Below are positions 58,159-64,000 of a DNA stretch of 64,000 bases, one piece after another. The notes below the pieces were generated by a model that made no database searches, was not told the DNA's origin, and saw only the letters and a program-made list of their open reading frames with translations. The first letter of the stretch is position 1, and each line of letters opens with the position of its first letter. The translations under genes and the position numbers were made by a program. The stretch is from Elusimicrobiota bacterium (GTDB taxonomy: Bacteria; Elusimicrobiota; Elusimicrobia; UBA1565; UBA9628): NCBI GenBank assembly GCA_023249645.1, contig JAHFCF010000008.1:7257-71256 (forward strand). The letters run 5' to 3'.

Positions 58159-58889
58159 GCGTCTGGGAGTTCGCGGGCCGCACTGATCTCGGCCGCGTGC
58201 GCTCCAACAACGAGGACAGCTTCCTCATCGACGAGGCGCTGGGCCTGCTTGTCGTGGCCGACGGCATGGGGGGGCATAGTTTCGGCGAGGAGGCCAGCGC
58301 CCTGGCCGTGCGCGCCATCCGCGAGGCCGCGGCTGAAGGCAAAGATCCGGTCTTATCCATCCGAGGCGCCAACGCGCTCATCCGCGAGAAGGCGCGGAGC
58401 TCTGCGGGGCATAAGGGCATGGGGACGACGGTGGTGGCGGTCTGGATAAAAGCAGATGCGTTCACCGTGGCCCATGTCGGCGACAGCCGCTGCTATCTTT
58501 TCCGGAAGGGCCTTCTTTCCCAGCTGACGCACGACCATTCCCTGGCGGAAGAGTCTCGGGGCTTGCGGCATATCCTCACCCGCGCCGTGGGCGCCGAGGA
58601 GACGGTGGAGGTGGACGTCTCCCGGCACGAGCTGAAGATCGGGGACAGGCTGCTTCTGGCGAGCGACGGGCTGACCACCATGCTCAACGATGAGGCGATC
58701 GGCCGTATTTTGGCGAATGAGTCTTCTTCCTCGCGTGCGGCCGCGGCCCTGGTGGAAGCCGCGCGCCAGGCCGGGGGCGCGGACAACATCACGGTCGTCT
58801 GCGGCAGGTTCTTGCCGGAGCGGCCGCGCGGGTTCTGGGAGAAAGCGGCGGATCTTTTTCGACGGGATTATCCTGAAAAGTTCAGTTGA
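58155..58889 (+). CDS. PP2C-family Ser/Thr phosphatase
   Basis: GRVRSNNED, VADGMGG, GTT, GDSR, SDGL, DNIT. Confidence 0.93.
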   Translation: MSVWEFAGRTDLGRVRSNNEDSFLIDEALGLLVVADGMGGHSFGEEASALAVRAIREAAAEGKDPVLSIRGANALIREKARSSAGHKGMGTTVVAVWIKADAFTVAHVGDSRCYLFRKGLLSQLTHDHSLAEESRGLRHILTRAVGAEETVEVDVSRHELKIGDRLLLASDGLTTMLNDEAIGRILANESSSSRAAAALVEAARQAGGADNITVVCGRFLPERPRGFWEKAADLFRRDYPEKFS

Positions 58890-58993
58890 CCGGCTTCCCT
58901 CATAAGAAGTGGCCAAATAATTCTGTCCTTCGTTTTTTCACTTGAGCCCAGCATGATTTATCTAAAGGTTTTCAAAAAAATTCCACCTATTTC

Positions 58994-59087
58994 TCGAATT
59001 GTCATTATTTTATAAGTATTTTTTTTCGAGTACCGCCAGCGCTGGAGGTAAAATAAAAATAATGATTATAAAATAATAACTTTTCGA
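58994..59087. repeat. Long AT-rich imperfect palindrome
   Basis: Dyad centred at 59040/59041 with matching inner, middle and outer arms. Confidence 0.7.
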
Positions 59088-59327
59088 TAATGCCCCGTCA
59101 TCTTGGGAACTTTTTCTCAGGAGATGAGTTCGTTCTTTAAAGAAAAATCTTTGGGCCGTTCATTTCATCAGAAGAATTCAGGTTAACCTTTGCCGGCAAA
59201 GGTTGAAAAAACAGAGAGAAAAATCGTCCCCGTCGCATGGTCTGCTTGCAAGGGGGCCAAAAGACCCAGACGCGCCTGGGTCTTTAAGCCCTCGATGAAA
59301 TCGGAAGCCGGGGCTATCTTGAGAGTC

Positions 59328-60602
59328 ATGAAGACTCTCGATCGGGTTGTCCGGGTTTTCCTGCTGATCGCCCCTCTGGCCGCGGCCCTTCCTGGCCAAG
59401 CCGCCCAGTTCGGCGGCGCGGGGGAGATCAAAGCCTGGAAACTTCCCTCCACATTCGTCGAAGCCGCGCCGGCGGAGACGGCGGCGCTCAAGGGGTTTTC
59501 GATGGAGCTGGCCGCTCTCGATGAAAAATCGCTTTTTGACCGCCAGCTGGCGGGGATGCTGGTCGATCCTCTGAGAAACTATCCGATACAGGATTGGCGC
59601 AACCACTTCTCGGAGGTCGATCAGGCCTTGGCGGACGCCCGCCAGAGGATGGAGCCCTTGATCAAGGCCCGGGAAGAGGAACTGCGGTCCGCGGTCATGC
59701 AGCGGACTCATCATTTCATCCAACAGGATCTCAGGGATGCCGCTGTTCAGATGGCCAAGTGCCGTGTTTTCGGCGGAGAGGTCATCAACGAAAGCATCCG
59801 GACCGTGTCTGACCTGGCCAATGCCGGAGATCTGGAGAAGGCCCGCCTGCTGGCTGCCGCGCTGATGATCATCCAGAGCGTCCCGGCGGTTCCCGCGGAT
59901 CCGGGTCCCAAGCCGTTGGCGCGCAAGCATGGCCGTTTGGCGCCTGCTCCAAGATCCATCGGCGAATCGATCACGCAGCTGATCCTGGATGACTTGGGAG
60001 ACAGACAATATGAGATAGGCGAGATCGGTCCCATGCGGCAGATCTCGAATTCGAACAACATCGTGGTGTTGCTGGGGGCGCCTGTGCCGCTGGAGAAGAG
60101 GGCGGATGAGGGGCTGTGGAGAATGAAGATATGGGATGCCCGGCTGGCGTCGAGGATCAAGGCCCTCTTGGACGCGAAGGGGATCGTCTTTAAAATCGGT
60201 GACAAGACTGCGAATTCAACGGAGCTCTATATCATGGACGCGGAAAAAATCTCGGCGTCGAAGGAGTCCGTTCCGCCGACTCCCGAAGCGCTTGCCGCGC
60301 TGCGTGCATCGATCATGCAGCCGATCCTTAAAAAGCTGGGTGAAGATCTTTATCAACTGGTGGCCGTTAATTTCAACAACCGCGCGCTCTACGTCATCCG
60401 CAGCTTGTCTGGGAGCAGGACCGGGGAGGACCTGATCGACGGTTGGTGTTCGGACTCTCCTGAGAAGGCGGGATTCATCCTTGTGCGAGCGCTTGAGCTG
60501 CTGCCGGCAGTCGAGTCTGCCTTGCGGGCTCAGGGGTTCGTCTTTAAACGAGAGACAACCGCTTCCATCATATCCATCTCCGTCCAGAAGCCGATGAAAT
60601 AG
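59328..60602 (+). CDS. Secreted hypothetical protein
   Basis: Long ORF; signal-like N-terminus at MKTLDR; preceded by GGGCC-N4-GACCC motifs. Confidence 0.55.
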   Translation: MKTLDRVVRVFLLIAPLAAALPGQAAQFGGAGEIKAWKLPSTFVEAAPAETAALKGFSMELAALDEKSLFDRQLAGMLVDPLRNYPIQDWRNHFSEVDQALADARQRMEPLIKAREEELRSAVMQRTHHFIQQDLRDAAVQMAKCRVFGGEVINESIRTVSDLANAGDLEKARLLAAALMIIQSVPAVPADPGPKPLARKHGRLAPAPRSIGESITQLILDDLGDRQYEIGEIGPMRQISNSNNIVVLLGAPVPLEKRADEGLWRMKIWDARLASRIKALLDAKGIVFKIGDKTANSTELYIMDAEKISASKESVPPTPEALAALRASIMQPILKKLGEDLYQLVAVNFNNRALYVIRSLSGSRTGEDLIDGWCSDSPEKAGFILVRALELLPAVESALRAQGFVFKRETTASIISISVQKPMK

Positions 60603-60677
60603 TCGCCGGCCTCTCGCGTTGATTCCTGCCGTCAGAAACGGTATATTCTTTTTAGATTTCTTGTATAAGAATCCCTT

Positions 60678-62552
60678 ATGGAGCAGACCATGAACAAGAC
60701 CAAGACGGCCAAGCGTTCCCCGGCTGAAGAGATCGACTCGGTCACCATCCGCTTCGCTGGAGACTCCGGCGACGGCATCCAGCTGACCGGCATGCAGTTC
60801 TCCACCGCCACCGCCCTGGCGGGCAACGACCTGAGCACCTCCCCCGACTACCCGGCCGAGATCCGCGCACCCCTGGGCAGCCTCGCGGGCGTGAGCGGCT
60901 ATCAGATCCATTTCAGCTCGGGCCAGGCCTTGACGCCCGGCGACGAACCGGACGTGCTGGTGGCCATGAATCCTGCCGCGCTCAAGGTCAACATCAAGGA
61001 CCTGCGCAAGGGCGGCCTGCTCATCGCCAATTCCGATGCCTTCAGCCCGGGCAACCTGGCCAAGGCCGGCTACGCCGCCAGTCCCCTGGCCGACGGCTCG
61101 CTGTCGGATTACCGGGTCATCACGGTGGAGCTCTCTCAGCGCACCGCGGAAGCCCTGCAGGGCCTGGCCTTGACCAAACAGCAGGTCGAGCGCTGCAAGA
61201 ATTTCTACGCCCTGGGCCTGATGTATTGGCTCTACGACCGGCCCATGGAAGGCACGCTCAAGTGGATCGAGGGCAAGTTCAAGAAGGCGCCGGTCATGGT
61301 CGACGCCAACAAGAAGGCCCTCCTGGCGGGCAACGCCTTCGCCGAGACGGCCGAGATCTTCGGCCAGTATTACCGCATCAAGAAGTCGTCCCTCGAGCCG
61401 GGACTGCACCGCAACATCACCGGCAATGAGGCGATGGCCCTGGGGCTTCTGACCGCGTCGCAGCTCTCGGGGCTTCAGCTCTGGTACGGCTCCTACCCGA
61501 TCACCCCGGCCTCGGAGATCCTCCATGAGCTCTCCAAGTTCAAGAACCTCGGGGTGAAGACCTTCCAGGCCGAGGACGAGATCGCGGCCATCTGCTCCTC
61601 GATCGGCGCCGCCTTCGCCGGCTCTTTGGGCGCGACCGGGACCAGCGGCCCCGGGGTGTCCTTGAAATCCGAGGCCATGGGCCTGGCCGCCATCGTCGAG
61701 CTGCCGCTGGTCATCATCAATATCCAGCGCGGCGGACCCTCCACGGGCCTGCCCACGAAGACCGAGCAGGCCGATCTCTTCCAGGCTCTCTACGGCCGCC
61801 ATGGGGAGTGTCCCATGCCGGTTCTGGCCGCGGCCACGCCGGCCGACTGTTTTGAGATGGCCATCGAGGCAGCCCGCATCGCCGTCAAATACATGACGCC
61901 CGTGATCCTGCTTGCCGACGGATTCCTCGGCAATGGCTCCGAGCCTTGGCGGGTCCCGGACGTGTCCAAGCTCCCTAAATTCCCGCCGTCGCCTCTGCCT
62001 GCGGCGGGCAAGTTCCAGCCCTATCAGAGAGATCCGCAGACCCTCGCTCGGCCTTGGGCCCTGCCTGGTATGGCGGGTTATGAGCACCGGGTGGGAGGCC
62101 TCGAGAAGTCCGATATCACGGGCACGGTCAACTATGAGCCGGAGAACCACGAGCGCATGAGCCTGCTGCGTCAGGCCAAGATCGACAAGATCGCGGTTGA
62201 GATCCCGCCCATCGAGGTCCTGGGTCCCAAGAGGGGCAAGGTCCTGGTGGTGGGCTGGGGCAGCACCTACGGCGCCATCACCGCCGCAGTCACCCGCTTT
62301 CAGGCCCGCGGCGAATCCGTGGCGGCCGTGCATCTGCGCCATCTCAATCCCTTGCCGTCCAATCTGGGAGAGATCCTGGGCCGCTACGAGCATGTAGTCG
62401 TGCCTGAACTCAATCTGGGCCAGCTGGTGCACATCCTGCGCGACCGCTATCTGGTGGCGGCCACGGGGATCAACAAGATCAAGGGACTCTCCTTCAAGGT
62501 CGCCGAGATCGAGAACGGCATCCAGGCGCTTTTGACGGGACGGAGGAACTGA
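60678..62552 (+). CDS. korA: 2-oxoacid:ferredoxin oxidoreductase alpha subunit
   Basis: AGDSGDG, PAEIR, YPITPAS, AEDEI, QRGGPSTGLPTKTEQAD. Confidence 0.92.
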   Translation: MEQTMNKTKTAKRSPAEEIDSVTIRFAGDSGDGIQLTGMQFSTATALAGNDLSTSPDYPAEIRAPLGSLAGVSGYQIHFSSGQALTPGDEPDVLVAMNPAALKVNIKDLRKGGLLIANSDAFSPGNLAKAGYAASPLADGSLSDYRVITVELSQRTAEALQGLALTKQQVERCKNFYALGLMYWLYDRPMEGTLKWIEGKFKKAPVMVDANKKALLAGNAFAETAEIFGQYYRIKKSSLEPGLHRNITGNEAMALGLLTASQLSGLQLWYGSYPITPASEILHELSKFKNLGVKTFQAEDEIAAICSSIGAAFAGSLGATGTSGPGVSLKSEAMGLAAIVELPLVIINIQRGGPSTGLPTKTEQADLFQALYGRHGECPMPVLAAATPADCFEMAIEAARIAVKYMTPVILLADGFLGNGSEPWRVPDVSKLPKFPPSPLPAAGKFQPYQRDPQTLARPWALPGMAGYEHRVGGLEKSDITGTVNYEPENHERMSLLRQAKIDKIAVEIPPIEVLGPKRGKVLVVGWGSTYGAITAAVTRFQARGESVAAVHLRHLNPLPSNLGEILGRYEHVVVPELNLGQLVHILRDRYLVAATGINKIKGLSFKVAEIENGIQALLTGRRN

Positions 62553-62553
62553 C

Positions 62554-63603
62554 ATGTCAGACACAGAGATGCCGGACCACGGACTCACCCAGCTGCCGGG
62601 TGCGGGGCCCATGCGCAGCGCCAAGGACTTTGCCTCGGACCAGATGGTGCGCTGGTGCCCGGGCTGCGGCGACTTCGCCGTTCTGGCCGTGATCCAGAAG
62701 GTCCTGGCCTCCATGGACATCCCGCGCGAGAAGTACGCCTTCATCTCGGGAATCGGGTGCTCCTCGCGCTTCCCCTATTACATGAACACCTACGGCTTCC
62801 ACGGCATCCACGGCCGGGCCCTGCCCGTGGCCACGGGAGTCAAATGCGCCAATCCGGACCTGCAGGTCTGGGTCGTGACGGGAGACGGCGACGCCCTCTC
62901 CATCGGCGGCAACCACTTCATCCATGCCCTGCGCCGCAACGTGGACTTGAAGGTGATCCTGTTCAACAACCGCATCTACGGCCTGACCAAGGGCCAGCTC
63001 TCTCCGACTTCGGAGTTCGGCAAGAAGACGAAATCCACGCCCTGGGGCTCGATCGAGTATCCCATCAATCCCGTGACCATGGCCCTGGCCTCCGAGGCGA
63101 CCTTCGTGGCCCGGGGCATTGCCGTGGACATCGCCGGCATGACGGAGATCATCACGCGGGCCGCCAAGCACCAGGGCACGGCCTTCGTGGAGGTCTTCCA
63201 GAACTGCGTGGTCTTCAACGACGGGGCCTGGAAGCCGATCGAGGACCGGGCCACGCGCGAAGAGCGGGTCGTGCGCCTGCAGCACGGCAAGCCGCTGATC
63301 TTCGGCAAGGACCGCAACAAGGGCATCCGCCTGAAGGGTTTCGATGCCGAGGTCGTGCAATTCGAGCCCTCCCAGCCTCCCAAGGACCTAGTCGTGCACG
63401 ACGAGAAGGCCGAGTCCCCGCACATGGCCTACCTGCTCTCCAAGATGAACGAGGACGACTGCCCCATCCCGGTCGGCGTGTTCCGCGCCGTGCGTCAGCC
63501 CGCCCTGCATGAGCTCATGGAAGAGCAGATCATCAAGGCGCGCCAGGCAGCGCCGACCGACGTTCAGGCGGTCTTGAACGCTTCGGAGGAGGGCGGCTCG
63601 TGA
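62554..63603 (+). CDS. korB: 2-oxoacid:ferredoxin oxidoreductase beta subunit
   Basis: WCPGCG, SGIGCS, GDGD..SIGGNH, NN.IYGLTKGQ. Confidence 0.92.
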   Translation: MSDTEMPDHGLTQLPGAGPMRSAKDFASDQMVRWCPGCGDFAVLAVIQKVLASMDIPREKYAFISGIGCSSRFPYYMNTYGFHGIHGRALPVATGVKCANPDLQVWVVTGDGDALSIGGNHFIHALRRNVDLKVILFNNRIYGLTKGQLSPTSEFGKKTKSTPWGSIEYPINPVTMALASEATFVARGIAVDIAGMTEIITRAAKHQGTAFVEVFQNCVVFNDGAWKPIEDRATREERVVRLQHGKPLIFGKDRNKGIRLKGFDAEVVQFEPSQPPKDLVVHDEKAESPHMAYLLSKMNEDDCPIPVGVFRAVRQPALHELMEEQIIKARQAAPTDVQAVLNASEEGGS

Positions 63604-64000
63604 AGCTCCTCGAATACGAATCCAAGGAGATCTTCGCGGCACACCGCATCCCGGTCCCGCCTTCGGGCGGGGTGATCCGTAGCCTGACGCAGCTGAGCGC
63701 GGCTTTGAAACGGGCGGGCTCAGGTCCTTGGGTCGTCAAGGCGCAGGTCCTGGCCGGCGGCCGGGGCAAGGCCGGCGGAATCAAGCTCGCCAAGACCCGC
63801 TCTGAGGCCAAGGATGCGGCCCAGAAGATCCTCGGAATGACCTTGGCCACGCATCAGACCCACGGCCAGGGCCTCAAGGTGCGCGAGGTCCTCATCGAGG
63901 GCGGAGCCTCCATCGAGCAGGAGTTCTATCTGGCCGTGGCCATGGACCGGCAGGCCGTGGCCCCTGTCGTCATCGCCTCAGCCGAGGGCGGCATGGAGAT
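63600..64000 (+). CDS. sucC: Succinyl-CoA synthetase beta subunit (3' truncated)
   Basis: GTG start overlapping the korB stop; MKLLEYESK, VVKAQVLAGGRGKAGG, SAEGGMEI. Confidence 0.9.
   Translation, partial: MKLLEYESKEIFAAHRIPVPPSGGVIRSLTQLSAALKRAGSGPWVVKAQVLAGGRGKAGGIKLAKTRSEAKDAAQKILGMTLATHQTHGQGLKVREVLIEGGASIEQEFYLAVAMDRQAVAPVVIASAEGGME

Noticed and set aside
60216..62744. 842-aa minus-strand ORF
   Set aside because: Antisense shadow of korA.

Overview
GC-rich (~60-65%) bacterial chromosomal window. The lineage-specific secreted proteins, lipoprotein caspases and promoter motifs resemble Elusimicrobiota, but this is an inference. The left half is a nitrogen-heterocycle/ureide catabolism region: a dihydropyrimidine-dehydrogenase-like gene, ssnA, and a minus-strand cluster of a GNAT-like protein, a Cys-less thiolase, DUF35, DUF2877, FdrA, DUF1116, a cyclase-family hydrolase and xanthine-dehydrogenase-family FAD and Fe-S subunits. 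The matching Mo subunit lies about 10 kb downstream, next to an atypical aconitase. Plus-strand accessory cassettes interrupt these operons: YefM/RelE, MazEF-like, AbiE, an orphan XRE, a nucleotidyltransferase pair and secreted hypotheticals. The right half carries three lipoprotein caspases, a WD40 lipoprotein, asnS, a CPAF-like S41 protease, pepT, an aminotransferase, a U32 protein, an ABC exporter, msrBA, an arsenic/fluoride operon, tRNA-Asp, tRNA-Val, csp, a CHASE2 pseudokinase with PP2C, korAB and the start of sucC. Non-coding structure includes a dispersed family of stacked ~18-bp palindromes with DnaA-box-like ends, a REP-like hairpin, a recurrent TAGGTC-N4-GACCTA motif upstream of secreted-protein genes, and a ~95-bp AT-rich dyad. 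No CRISPR array, integrase or transposase was seen.
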